The notes: generated from the sequence alone by a model not told the origin. DNA of 64,000 nucleotides from Lachnospiraceae bacterium (GCA_024680055.1 JAILCP010000054.1:31759-95758); one strand, 5' to 3'. Positions 29,084 to 37,875 are shown, counted from the first letter of the stretch. Translations and numbers: made by a program.

Positions 29084-29112
29084 TTGACAGGAGATGGTAT
29101 GTGTGTTAGTAT
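29084..29112 (+). promoter_or_regulatory. SigA promoter of infC-rpmI-rplT
   Basis: TTGACA-17 nt-TAGTAT with extended -10 TG. Confidence 0.8.
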
Positions 29113-29127
29113 GAACAAGTTGAAAAA

Positions 29128-29244
29128 CAAAGCAGAGTTCCACTCTCACCTTAGCACAATGGCGTGACTAAGCGTTCATAAGAATGATTTTTTACTGAAA
29201 GGTCGTATTATGATTGTGGATAGCTTTGCTAGCCACATTTTTTT
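29128..29244 (+). ncRNA. L20 leader (infC leader attenuator)
   Basis: AAGCAGAGTTCCACTCTCACC motif, CTTAG-CAC..GTG-CTAAG stem, terminator TGTGGATAGC-TTT-GCTAGCCACA-TTTTTTT directly before the infC SD. Confidence 0.8.
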
Positions 29245-29263
29245 ATTTTGGAGGTGTTTGAGA

Positions 29264-29770
29264 ATAGCTGATTTAATGATCAACGAACAGATTCGTGATA
29301 AAGAGGTTCGTTTAATAGGAGAAGACGGTGAACAATTAGGTATTGTTTCATCCAAAGAGGCATTAAGAATGGCCGAAGAGCAGAATCTTGACCTTGTTAA
29401 GATTGCACCAAAGGCAGAACCACCGGTTTGCAAGATTATCGATTACGGTAAATACAAATACGAGATGGTTCGTAAGGAAAAAGAAGCAAAGAAAAAGCAG
29501 AAAACGGTTGAACTCAAAGAGATTCGTATGTCTCCGAACATTGACACGAATGATTTGAACACCAAGATTAATTCAGCAAAGAAGTTCCTTACAAAGGGCG
29601 ACAGAGTAAAGGTTACTCTTCGTTTTAGGGGACGTGAAATGGCACACATGCAGCAGCGTAAATATATCTTAGAAGACTTTGCAAAAGCTCTTGAAGAGAT
29701 TGCTGTGATTGAAAAAGCGCCAAAGGTTGAAGGAAGAAATATGTCACTTGTGCTGGCAAAGAAAAATTAG
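29264..29770 (+). CDS. infC: Translation initiation factor IF-3 (non-canonical ATA start)
   Basis: INEQIRDKEVRLIG, LDLV.IAP.AEPPVCKI.DYGKYKYE, FRGRE; SD GGAGGT 29250-55 lies 8 nt before in-frame ATA 29264. Confidence 0.96.
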   Translation: MADLMINEQIRDKEVRLIGEDGEQLGIVSSKEALRMAEEQNLDLVKIAPKAEPPVCKIIDYGKYKYEMVRKEKEAKKKQKTVELKEIRMSPNIDTNDLNTKINSAKKFLTKGDRVKVTLRFRGREMAHMQQRKYILEDFAKALEEIAVIEKAPKVEGRNMSLVLAKKN

Positions 29771-29797
29771 TATTACAACTTAAGGGAGGAATAAATC

Positions 29798-29995
29798 ATG
29801 CCAAAAATGAAAACAAAAAGAGCTGCAGCAAAACGTTTTAAAGCTACAGGTACAGGACTTTTAAAGAGAAATAAAGCGTTCAAGAGCCATATCTTAACAA
29901 AGAAGACTACTAAGAGAAAGAGAAATCTTAGACAGGCTGCTATTGTTGATAAGACAAACGTTAAGAACATGAAGAAGATTTTACCATATTTATAA
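29798..29995 (+). CDS. rpmI: 50S ribosomal protein L35
   Basis: [20 protein letters not shown]. Confidence 0.99.
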   Translation: MPKMKTKRAAAKRFKATGTGLLKRNKAFKSHILTKKTTKRKRNLRQAAIVDKTNVKNMKKILPYL

Positions 29996-30025
29996 TATTT
30001 CAGAGTATCGAAGGAGGAATAGACC

Positions 30026-30382
30026 ATGGCAAGAATTAAAGGCGGAGTTGGCGCTAAGAAAAGACATAACAGAGTATTAAAATTAGCTAAAGGTTATAGA
30101 GGCGCTCGTTCCAAACAGTATAGAGTAGCAAAACAGTCCGTAATGAGAGCTTTAACAAGCGCTTATGCAGGAAGAAAGCAGAAGAAACGTCAGTTCAGAC
30201 AGTTATGGATTGCTCGTATTAACGCGGCAGCAAGATTAAACGGATTATCCTACAGCAAATTTATGTACGGATTAAAGCTTGCAGGTGTTGATATGAACCG
30301 TAAAATGTTAGCAGAACTTGCTGTTAACGATGCAGAAGGATTTGCAACATTAGCAGAGCTTGCTAAAACAAAATTAGCTTAA
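30026..30382 (+). CDS. rplT: 50S ribosomal protein L20
   Basis: MARIKGG...[28 protein letters not shown]. Confidence 0.99.
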   Translation: MARIKGGVGAKKRHNRVLKLAKGYRGARSKQYRVAKQSVMRALTSAYAGRKQKKRQFRQLWIARINAAARLNGLSYSKFMYGLKLAGVDMNRKMLAELAVNDAEGFATLAELAKTKLA

Positions 30383-30396
30383 TGTAAATACATTCG

Positions 30397-30421
30397 CCAG
30401 TCACTACTTTGTAGTGATTGG
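30397..30421 (+). terminator. Probable terminator after rplT
   Basis: CCAGTCACTAC-TTT-GTAGTGATTGG stem; weak U-tract. Confidence 0.6.
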
Positions 30422-30470
30422 TGTTAAAATGTATTAATTGTACAAATAAAATAAAAAAAACAAAAAGTAC

Positions 30471-30499
30471 TTGAACTTTTTGGAAAAGTATTGTATGAT
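30471..30499 (+). promoter_or_regulatory. SigA promoter for tRNA-Glu with A-rich UP-like region
   Basis: TTGAAC-17 nt-TATGAT, preceded by A-tracts. Confidence 0.7.
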
Positions 30500-30510
30500 A
30501 CTTCTTGCAT

Positions 30511-30582
30511 GGCTCGTTGGTCAAGAGGTTAAGACGCCGCCCTCTCAAGGCGGAATCACGAGTTCGATTCTCGTACGAGCTG
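30511..30582 (+). tRNA. tRNA-Glu (anticodon CTC)
   Basis: Acceptor GGCTCGT/ACGAGCT, D-arm GTC..GAC, anticodon stem CCGCC/GGCGG with loop CT-CTC-AA, T-arm ACGAG-TTCGATT-CTCGT; discriminator G; CCA not encoded. Confidence 0.95.
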
Positions 30583-30586
30583 CTAT

Positions 30587-30620
30587 AATCGCACAGCATT
30601 GATTGCTGTGCGATTTGTTG
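30587..30620 (+). terminator. Terminator after tRNA-Glu
   Basis: AATCGCACAGCA-TTGAT-TGCTGTGCGATT 12-bp perfect stem then TGTTG. Confidence 0.8.
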
Positions 30621-30715
30621 TATTCTTAGAAGTTTGAAAAAATTTAAGCGTTATGTTTTTCAATATAAGAATACAAAACTATATGGGATTATGATTATAA
30701 AGGAGAAAAAAGAAA

Positions 30716-32803
30716 ATGAGTGGTGTTCCAAAAAAATCCGGTGTCAGTGCATTGGATTTCTTCTGCATTGGTTTCGGAGCAATTGTTGGTGTAGGTTGGG
30801 CAGTATCCATTAATAACTGGATGGCAGGCAGCGGAGGTCCGCTTCCCGCAGCAGCCGGTTATATTATTGCGCTGGTAATGATGATACCGATTGCCCTATG
30901 TTACTGTGAATTGTGCTCCATGCTTCCGGTTTCCGGTGGCGGTATGGCGTATGCCTTTCGTGCCTATGGAGACAATTTGTCCTTTGTCTCAGGATGGGCC
31001 GCCTTTGGTGCGTTTATTACCATCATACCTTGGGAAGCAATTTATGTAGTTGATATTTTGAGTATTTTAATCCCCGGATTAAAATCTGGTTCACCTTTAT
31101 ATACATTGGCCGGATCAGATATTTATCCAGGCCATATTTTAGTTGGAACATTGATTTCCATTATTCTGTATTTAATTAACAGAAAAGGTGTTACATCCTC
31201 TGCAACACTGCAGAGAGTACTTTGTTTTGCCCTGGTGGGTGCAGGAATTTTGGCTATGATTTTTGCCGCAATCAAATTCGATCCGGCCAACTTCGAGCCT
31301 ATGTACGAATATGTGGGAAAGGGATCCCATCACAATTTTGCCGGTGGCTCTTTTGCCATTCTTGCATCAGCACCGTTCTTCCTTGCAGGATTTGAAACCA
31401 TTCCTCAGGGAATTGAAAGTGCCGGAGGGGAGAGTAAGTCCGTCGGAAAAACTGTGGTTTTAACCGTTGTGTTATCCTGCTTTTTCTACGCACTTTTGCT
31501 TGTAACCTTGGGCGGAGCTTATCCGTGGAAGGAATTTATTAAATTTGACAGTCCTTCCGCAGCCCTTTTGTTTAAAGTGATTTATAAAGGTGCCATAGGA
31601 AAGTGCCTTTATTTTCTGATATTAACCGGAGCAATCTGCGGACTTTTAACCACATGGAATGGTTTTATGATGGCATCTTCACAGATTTTGATGGCCATGT
31701 CCCGTGTCAGCATTGTTCCAAATGTACTGGCTAAGCAGCATCCAAAATATAAGACACCAATCAACGCTTTAAAGGTGAGCCTTGTGGCATCCTTGCTCGG
31801 ACCGTTTTTGGGAAGCGGGTTGATTGGATCGTTGACATCCTTCTCGGCTGCTGGTTATGTGGTGAGTTGGACCATTACCGCCTTTTGTCTGATTCGATTG
31901 AGAAAGATTGAACCGGATTTGGAGCGTCCGTATAAAATCCCGGGCGGAGTGAAAACGGCTTGGTTTTCAGGTATTGTAATGGCAATTTTATTGGTTCTTT
32001 TGTTTATTCCTGGTCAGCCTGTGTACATGGGAACCATGGCAGTGGGACTGTTCTTTGGATGGATGTGTATTGGAGTGGTTCTCTTTGTTTTGGATTACAG
32101 ACAGAGACAGCGTTACTCTCAGTTGAAGAGAGCATCCTTCTTATTTGCCAGCATGGCCAGCTCTTCTTTGAAGATTCCGGGCCTTGTGGACAGCCTGGAT
32201 GATGACTATAAGGTAATTTCTTTTGTGATTCCAACGGATACGGAATACGCAGGAAGAACACTTATGGATTTGGAATGGGGTAAAACTCAGAGTATCTTTA
32301 TTTTGAAAATTGAGCGAGGAACGGAAATGTTAATGCTTCCAAACGGAAATACAAAGGTTTTGGAAGGAGACCGTGTATTTGCCATGGGTCTTGACAAAAT
32401 GGTTCGTCGTTTCAGTGTGAGATGGGACATTGGAGAACGTTTTACCATGAGTACCTTAAAAGACTTTATGGGTTACGGTTCCACAGAGAAACAGTCACCT
32501 CTTGCATGTATGGAAATTAAGGTTCACGGTAACGAGCCATATGCAGGAAAAGCATTGAAGTTTTCCGGTATTCAGTCTGAGGCTCACTGTATGCTGATTG
32601 GTATTGAGCGTAATGGCGAATTTGTTATGATGCCGGATGCCAATATGGAAATCAGAATCGATGATGTACTGTGGGTGGTAGGTACGGATAAGAACCTGAA
32701 AGATTTGGCTGAATTAAGCGAAGGACACAGTGATTCCAACCCGGATCAGGAGGAAAATAACTCCTTGAATTCAGCGGATAAAAGTGATATAATACTTAGG
32801 TAA
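30716..32803 (+). CDS. APC-family amino-acid permease fused to two C-terminal RCK_C (TrkA_C) domains
   Basis: GFGAIVGVGW, YCELCSMLPVSGGG..YA.RA.G, F..AGFE, SR..P..L.K.HPKY.TP, RL...P.L.RPYKIPGG (APC); then YAG.TL..L....ILKIERG...LP.G...V.EGDRV and YAGK.L..SGI.....LIGIERNG....PDA..EI..DDVLWVVG (two RCK_C). Confidence 0.88.
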   Translation: MSGVPKKSGVSALDFFCIGFGAIVGVGWAVSINNWMAGSGGPLPAAAGYIIALVMMIPIALCYCELCSMLPVSGGGMAYAFRAYGDNLSFVSGWAAFGAFITIIPWEAIYVVDILSILIPGLKSGSPLYTLAGSDIYPGHILVGTLISIILYLINRKGVTSSATLQRVLCFALVGAGILAMIFAAIKFDPANFEPMYEYVGKGSHHNFAGGSFAILASAPFFLAGFETIPQGIESAGGESKSVGKTVVLTVVLSCFFYALLLVTLGGAYPWKEFIKFDSPSAALLFKVIYKGAIGKCLYFLILTGAICGLLTTWNGFMMASSQILMAMSRVSIVPNVLAKQHPKYKTPINALKVSLVASLLGPFLGSGLIGSLTSFSAAGYVVSWTITAFCLIRLRKIEPDLERPYKIPGGVKTAWFSGIVMAILLVLLFIPGQPVYMGTMAVGLFFGWMCIGVVLFVLDYRQRQRYSQLKRASFLFASMASSSLKIPGLVDSLDDDYKVISFVIPTDTEYAGRTLMDLEWGKTQSIFILKIERGTEMLMLPNGNTKVLEGDRVFAMGLDKMVRRFSVRWDIGERFTMSTLKDFMGYGSTEKQSPLACMEIKVHGNEPYAGKALKFSGIQSEAHCMLIGIERNGEFVMMPDANMEIRIDDVLWVVGTDKNLKDLAELSEGHSDSNPDQEENNSLNSADKSDIILR
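32765..32793 (+). promoter_or_regulatory. SigA promoter for the rimP-nusA-infB operon, embedded in the last codons of the permease gene
   Basis: TTGAAT-17 nt-TATAAT with extended -10 TG. Confidence 0.75.
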
Positions 32804-32818
32804 CATAGTTAACTAGCA

Positions 32819-32866
32819 TGAGAGTGGGCGCAAGTCCACTCTCAATTGTTTGTGTAGACAAACAAT
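32819..32866 (+). ncRNA. rimP leader hairpin plus adjacent second hairpin
   Basis: TGAGAGTGGGC-GCAA-GTCCACTCTCA (GNRA loop, GGGC..GTCC) immediately followed by ATTGTTTGT-GTAG-ACAAACAAT. Confidence 0.75.
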
Positions 32867-32915
32867 CAATCAATACCATAGTACATTATGTTAGATTAAG
32901 AAATGGAGAGGTTAA

Positions 32916-33380
32916 ATGGCAAAGAAAGAGTTATATGAGCAAAAGGCAGAAGAACTTCTTTTACCGATTGTAGAGCAGCATAATTTTGAACTTGTAGATG
33001 TGGAATATGTAAAGGAAGGAAGCAATTATTATTTACGTGCTTACATTGATAAAGAAGGCGGTATTAACGTAGATGATTGCGAAGTGGTTTCCCGTGCCTT
33101 TAGTGAATTGCTTGATCAAAATGATTTTATCGAGGGTGGTTATATTCTGGAAGTAAGTTCTCCGGGACTTGGAAGACCTTTGAAGAAAGAAAAGGATTAC
33201 AAGCGCAGTATGGGAAAAGAACTGGAAATCAGAACCTATAAGGCCATTAACAAGCAAAAAGAATTTTACGGAATTCTGAAAGCATATGATGACAAATCAG
33301 TAACCATAGAAAATGACGAAGAAGAATTGACCTTTTTAAAAAGCGACATTGCTTTGATTCGTCTTGCATTTGACTTTTAG
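32916..33380 (+). CDS. rimP: Ribosome maturation factor RimP
   Basis: ELVDVEYVKEG..YYLRAYIDK.GGI.VDDC..VSR, LEVSSPGL.RPL. Confidence 0.97.
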   Translation: MAKKELYEQKAEELLLPIVEQHNFELVDVEYVKEGSNYYLRAYIDKEGGINVDDCEVVSRAFSELLDQNDFIEGGYILEVSSPGLGRPLKKEKDYKRSMGKELEIRTYKAINKQKEFYGILKAYDDKSVTIENDEEELTFLKSDIALIRLAFDF

Positions 33381-33408
33381 ATATATTTAAGGAGGTTTAT
33401 CGACAAAC

Positions 33409-34629
33409 ATGAGTGAATTATTAGAAGCATTAACAGTGCTTGAGAAAGAGAAAAATATCAGCAAGGAAGTGTTGCTTGAAGCAATTGAAACAGCCCTTAT
33501 TATGGCTTGTAAAAACCAGTACGGAAAATCCGAAAACGTAAAGGTTGTCATTGACCATGAAACTTGTGAGTTCCATGTATTTTTACAGAAAACCGTTGTT
33601 TCTTCCGTAGAAGATCCAACAGAGGAAATCAGCTTAGAAGATGCACATGCCATTGATGCGTCTTACAATCTTGGAGATCTTTGCAACGTTGAAATTCAGA
33701 GTAAAGAATTTGGACGTATTGTTACACAGACTGCCAAGAATACAATTTTACAGAAGATTCGTGAGGAAGAGCGCAAGGCTCAGTACGACGAATACGTAAC
33801 CAAACAGCATGAGGTTGTTACCGGTATTGTACAGCGTTATGCCGGAAAGAACGTAAAGGTGAACCTTGGAAAATTAGATGCTACCTTAACCGAAAATGAA
33901 ATGATCAAAGGCGAGGTATTCCAGCCAACAGAACGTATCAAAGTTTATGTTCTTGAGGTAAAAGCCGGTTCCAAGGGACCACAGGTGCTTGTTTCAAGAA
34001 CCCATCCGGAACTGGTAAAACGACTTTTTGAATCTGAAGTAACCGAAGTCCGTGACGGTATTGTGGAAATTAAAAACATTGCCAGAGAAGCTGGAAGCAG
34101 AACCAAGATTGCGGTATATTCCAATGATGAAGACGTGGATAGTGTTGGTGCATGTGTTGGTTTAAACGGTGCCCGTGTCAATGCTATTGTAAATGAATTA
34201 AAAGGTGAAAAGATTGATATTATCAACTGGGATGAAAATCCTGCCATTTTAATTGAAAATGCATTAAGCCCGGCAAAGGTTATTTCCGTTATTGCCGATG
34301 CGGAAGAAAAATCCGCAAAAGTAGTAGTTCCTGATTATCAGTTATCCTTAGCCATTGGTAAAGAAGGACAGAATGCAAGACTTGCTGCCCGTTTGACCGG
34401 ATTTAAGATTGATATTAAGAGCGAAAGCCAGGCGAGAGAAGCCGGAGATATTCTTGATTACGATGAGTATGAAGAATATGATGAGGATTTTGACGGCGAA
34501 TACGAAGAGTATGATGAAAACTATGAAGATGAGTACTATGATGAAGAAGCATATGCAGATGATGAGTACTTTGAAGAAGACGCAGAGGAAAGCGGTGATT
34601 TAGAAGGTGATGAAAACGACAAAGAATAA
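33409..34629 (+). CDS. nusA: Transcription termination factor NusA with long acidic Tyr-rich tail
   Basis: FGRI..QTAK, IAREAG.RTKIAV, GACVG..G.RV, SLAIGKEGQNARLAARLTG.KIDI. Confidence 0.98.
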   Translation: MSELLEALTVLEKEKNISKEVLLEAIETALIMACKNQYGKSENVKVVIDHETCEFHVFLQKTVVSSVEDPTEEISLEDAHAIDASYNLGDLCNVEIQSKEFGRIVTQTAKNTILQKIREEERKAQYDEYVTKQHEVVTGIVQRYAGKNVKVNLGKLDATLTENEMIKGEVFQPTERIKVYVLEVKAGSKGPQVLVSRTHPELVKRLFESEVTEVRDGIVEIKNIAREAGSRTKIAVYSNDEDVDSVGACVGLNGARVNAIVNELKGEKIDIINWDENPAILIENALSPAKVISVIADAEEKSAKVVVPDYQLSLAIGKEGQNARLAARLTGFKIDIKSESQAREAGDILDYDEYEEYDEDFDGEYEEYDENYEDEYYDEEAYADDEYFEEDAEESGDLEGDENDKE

Positions 34630-34894
34630 TACACCCAAAAGAATTCCGCAACGAATGTGTATCGGTTGTCGTGAAATGAAGAATCGTAACGAGTTGATTC
34701 GAATTGTCAGGACACCGGACGGAGCAGTTGTTCTTGATAAAACCGGAAAAACATCCGGTAGAGGAGCATATATTTGCAAGGATGTAAACTGTTTTATGAA
34801 ATTAAAGAAAAGTCATGGACTTGACCGAAGTTTTAAGACATCGATACCGGAAAGCGTTTATGAAGATTTAGAAAAGGAGATGAGTGAATCATAA
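34607..34894 (+). CDS. ylxR: YlxR/RnpM (DUF448) RNA-binding protein
   Basis: PQRMCIGCRE, LIRIVR, GRGAYIC; canonical position after nusA. Confidence 0.93.
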   Translation: MMKTTKNNTPKRIPQRMCIGCREMKNRNELIRIVRTPDGAVVLDKTGKTSGRGAYICKDVNCFMKLKKSHGLDRSFKTSIPESVYEDLEKEMSES

Positions 34895-34914
34895 TACACA
34901 ATAAAGTAACATCT

Positions 34915-35208
34915 ATGTTAGGATTGGCTATGAAGGCCGGAAAACTGGTGAGCGGTGAATTTCTTGTGGAAAACAGTGTGAAGGATAAATCAGCGAAACT
35001 TGTTATTCTGGCAGACGATTGTTCGGATAATACAAAAAAGAAATTTCGTAATATGACAACATACAGGGAGATTCCTTATTTTGAATGCCTTGATAAGGAT
35101 GAACTTGGAAGATGTATCGGAAAAGAATTTCGTGCCTGTGTAGCTGTTACTGATGTAGGATTTGCAACATCGATAATGAAGATTCTTAAGAATAACGGAG
35201 GTAACTAA
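34915..35208 (+). CDS. ylxQ: L7Ae-family RNA-binding protein (YlxQ); true start probably upstream at about 34888-34894
   Basis: LGLAMKAGKLVSGE, VILA.DCS.NT.KK, LG..IGK; canonical position before infB. Confidence 0.9.
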   Translation: MLGLAMKAGKLVSGEFLVENSVKDKSAKLVILADDCSDNTKKKFRNMTTYREIPYFECLDKDELGRCIGKEFRACVAVTDVGFATSIMKILKNNGGN

Positions 35209-37875
35209 GTGTCAAAAATCAGAGTACATGAATTAGCAAAAGAATTAAACATAAACAGTAAAGAAATTATGACCTACCTGGAAGGTAAAAAAATAGAGGC
35301 CAAAAGTCACATGAGTACCATTGAAGAAGGAATTGCTCAGGACATCAGAACAAAATTTGGCGGAAAGAAGAACGTAGATTTGAATAATAACGAAATAAAA
35401 GAAGCAGAAGTAAAAACAAAAGCAACAGAAAAACCGGCAGAAAAGGGAGATGGCTATAAGAAAAAGGCCAGCATTTCTGCTGTATACAATCCTCAGTACG
35501 GAAAGGATCCAAATGCCAGACGTGGACAGAGAAAGACCATGAGTGGTACCGGTGATAAGAATCATCCGGATAAAAAACCTCGTCCGGCTGCGCCAAACGG
35601 TGAAAGAAGACCGGGACAGGGCGGTGAAAGAAGACCGAATCCAAACGGAGAAAGACGTCCTATGAACCACGACAGAGATGGTGCAGAGAGAAGACCTTAC
35701 AACAAAGAGGGCGGTGAAAGAAAGCCATTTAACAGAGACGGAAACCGTTCCGACAGAAAACCGTTCAATAAAGAGGGCGGTGAAAGAAAGCCGTTTAACA
35801 GAGACGGAAACCGTTCTGACAGAAGACCGTTTAATAAAGATGGAGGAGACAGAAAGCCATTTAATAAAGACGGTCATAACAATGACAGAAGAAACAACAA
35901 CTCCAGAAATAATCGTTTGGATGGTGAAATTAACCGCATGAACCGTAGTTCTGATACTCCAACCGAGGAAAAACCAAAGGACAGAGAGAACAAACGATTC
36001 AAAAACAAACCTCAGAAAAACAATTATAATCATAAAGATAAGAAGCAGGAGAATTTCTTCCAGCTGGAGAAGGTTACCAGAAAGAAACATTCTCAGCCAA
36101 AGCAGCATGAAGATCCTACCGAAATTAAAACCATTGTAATCCCTGAAACATTAACCATTCGTGATTTGGCAGAAAAGATGAAACGTCAGCCATCCGAACT
36201 TGTTAAGAAGTTATTCTTACAGGGTAAGGTTGTTACAGTGAACCAGGATGTGGATTTTGAAACTGCAGAAGAAATTGCATTGGAATTCAACTGCATTTGC
36301 GAAAAAGAAGAAAAAGTGGATATTATTGAGGAACTTCTTCGTGAGGAAGAAGAGGATGAAAGCTTAATGACTCCACGTCCACCGGTTGTATGTGTTATGG
36401 GACACGTTGACCACGGTAAAACATCTCTTCTTGATGCCATTCGTGACAGCCATGTCATTGATCGTGAGGCCGGCGGTATCACACAGCACATTGGTGCTTC
36501 TGTTGTGGAATGTAACGGACAGCCGATTACCTTCCTTGATACACCGGGACATGAAGCTTTTACCGCAATGCGTATGCGTGGTGCCAATTCCACAGATATT
36601 GCAATTCTTGTAGTTGCTGCTGACGATGGTGTTATGCCGCAGACCGTGGAAGCTATCAACCATGCCAAGGCTGCCGGAATTGAAATCATTGTTGCAATCA
36701 ATAAAATTGATAAACCAAGTGCCAATATTGATAAGGTAAAACAGGAACTTTCCGAATACGAATTAATCCCTGAAGATTGGGGTGGAAGTACAATTTTTGT
36801 ACCGGTTTCCGCTCATACTCACGAGGGTATTGACGTATTGCTTGAAATGGTTCTTTTAACCGCAGAAGTATTGGAGTTAAAAGCCAATAAAAACCGTAAG
36901 GCAAGAGGTCTTGTTATCGAGGCCAAACTTGATAAGGGACGTGGTGTAGTTGCATCCTTACTGGTACAAAAAGGTGTGCTCCACGTGGGAGACCCGATTG
37001 CCGCAGGAAGCAGCTACGGTAAAGTTCGTGCCATGGTGGATTCCAAGGGTAAACGAGTAAAAGAAGCAGGTCCATCTATGCCGGTTGAGATTATCGGTTT
37101 AAACGAGGCTCCGGGAGCCGGCGACATTTTTGTTGCTATGGATTCCGATAAGGAAGCAAGAAACTTTGCTGAAACCTTTATTAAGGACAACAAAGAAAAA
37201 CTTGTGGAAGAAACCAAATCCAAAATGTCTCTGGATGATTTATTCTCCCAGATTCAGGCCGGTAACTTGAAAGAATTAAATATTATTGTAAAAGCGGACG
37301 TACAGGGATCTGTGGAAGCGGTAAAACAAAGTCTTGTGAAACTTTCCAATGACGAAGTCGTTGTTAAGGTAATCCATGGTGGTGTTGGTGCCATCAACGA
37401 GTCTGACGTTATTCTTGCATCTGCATCCAATGCCATTATTATCGGATTTAATATTCGTCCGGATGCCATTGCAAAAGCAACCGCTGATCGTGAAGGCGTA
37501 GATATTCGCTTGTACAAGGTTATCTACAATGCCATTGAAGATGTGGAAGCAGCCATGAAGGGTATGCTGGATCCTATTTTTGAGGAGCAGGTAATCGGAC
37601 ATGCTGAAATCAGACAGATCTTCAAGGCTTCCGGTGTTGGAAACATTGCCGGTTCCTACGTTCTTGACGGACGTTTCCAGAGAGGATGTTCCGTACGTAT
37701 CACACGTGAGGGAGAACAGATCTTTGAAGGACCTTTGGCATCTCTTAAGAGATTCAAAGATGATGTAAAAGAAGTGAAGGCCGGATTTGAGTGTGGTCTT
37801 GTATTTGAAGGATTTGGTCAGATTCAGGAACTTGATCAGGTAGAAGCATACATTATGGTGGAAATTCCACGATAA
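35209..37875 (+). CDS. infB: Translation initiation factor IF-2 (GTG start)
   Basis: [53 protein letters not shown]. Confidence 0.99.
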   Translation: MSKIRVHELAKELNINSKEIMTYLEGKKIEAKSHMSTIEEGIAQDIRTKFGGKKNVDLNNNEIKEAEVKTKATEKPAEKGDGYKKKASISAVYNPQYGKDPNARRGQRKTMSGTGDKNHPDKKPRPAAPNGERRPGQGGERRPNPNGERRPMNHDRDGAERRPYNKEGGERKPFNRDGNRSDRKPFNKEGGERKPFNRDGNRSDRRPFNKDGGDRKPFNKDGHNNDRRNNNSRNNRLDGEINRMNRSSDTPTEEKPKDRENKRFKNKPQKNNYNHKDKKQENFFQLEKVTRKKHSQPKQHEDPTEIKTIVIPETLTIRDLAEKMKRQPSELVKKLFLQGKVVTVNQDVDFETAEEIALEFNCICEKEEKVDIIEELLREEEEDESLMTPRPPVVCVMGHVDHGKTSLLDAIRDSHVIDREAGGITQHIGASVVECNGQPITFLDTPGHEAFTAMRMRGANSTDIAILVVAADDGVMPQTVEAINHAKAAGIEIIVAINKIDKPSANIDKVKQELSEYELIPEDWGGSTIFVPVSAHTHEGIDVLLEMVLLTAEVLELKANKNRKARGLVIEAKLDKGRGVVASLLVQKGVLHVGDPIAAGSSYGKVRAMVDSKGKRVKEAGPSMPVEIIGLNEAPGAGDIFVAMDSDKEARNFAETFIKDNKEKLVEETKSKMSLDDLFSQIQAGNLKELNIIVKADVQGSVEAVKQSLVKLSNDEVVVKVIHGGVGAINESDVILASASNAIIIGFNIRPDAIAKATADREGVDIRLYKVIYNAIEDVEAAMKGMLDPIFEEQVIGHAEIRQIFKASGVGNIAGSYVLDGRFQRGCSVRITREGEQIFEGPLASLKRFKDDVKEVKAGFECGLVFEGFGQIQELDQVEAYIMVEIPR
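35701..35832 (+). repeat. 66-bp tandem repeat (2 near-exact copies, flanked by degenerate copies) in the IF-2 N-terminal region
   Basis: 35701-35766 vs 35767-35832 differ at 5 of 66 positions by manual comparison; encodes [19 protein letters not shown](K/R)PF. Confidence 0.9.

Noticed and set aside
29210-29263. N-terminal extension of IF-3 from ATG 29210 (ORF track)
   Set aside because: This ATG lies just upstream of the L20-leader terminator and lacks an SD; the extension overlaps the terminator and SD
30634-30663. TTGAAAAA-N14-TTTTTCAA inverted repeat upstream of the permease
   Set aside because: Low-complexity A/T arms; no matching regulator or clear promoter could be assigned
30511-32915. 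Possible tRNA-anchored genomic island
   Set aside because: No integrase, transposase or duplicated tRNA 3' end (attR) seen; only one gene follows the tRNA
35701-35832. Possible CRISPR-like repeat array
   Set aside because: Repeats are contiguous, in frame and coding, with no unique spacers and no cas genes
35245-36108. 287-aa hydrophobic minus-strand ORF with repeats
   Set aside because: Mirror of the purine-rich repetitive IF-2 N-terminus; its hydrophobicity and repeats follow from the sense-strand composition
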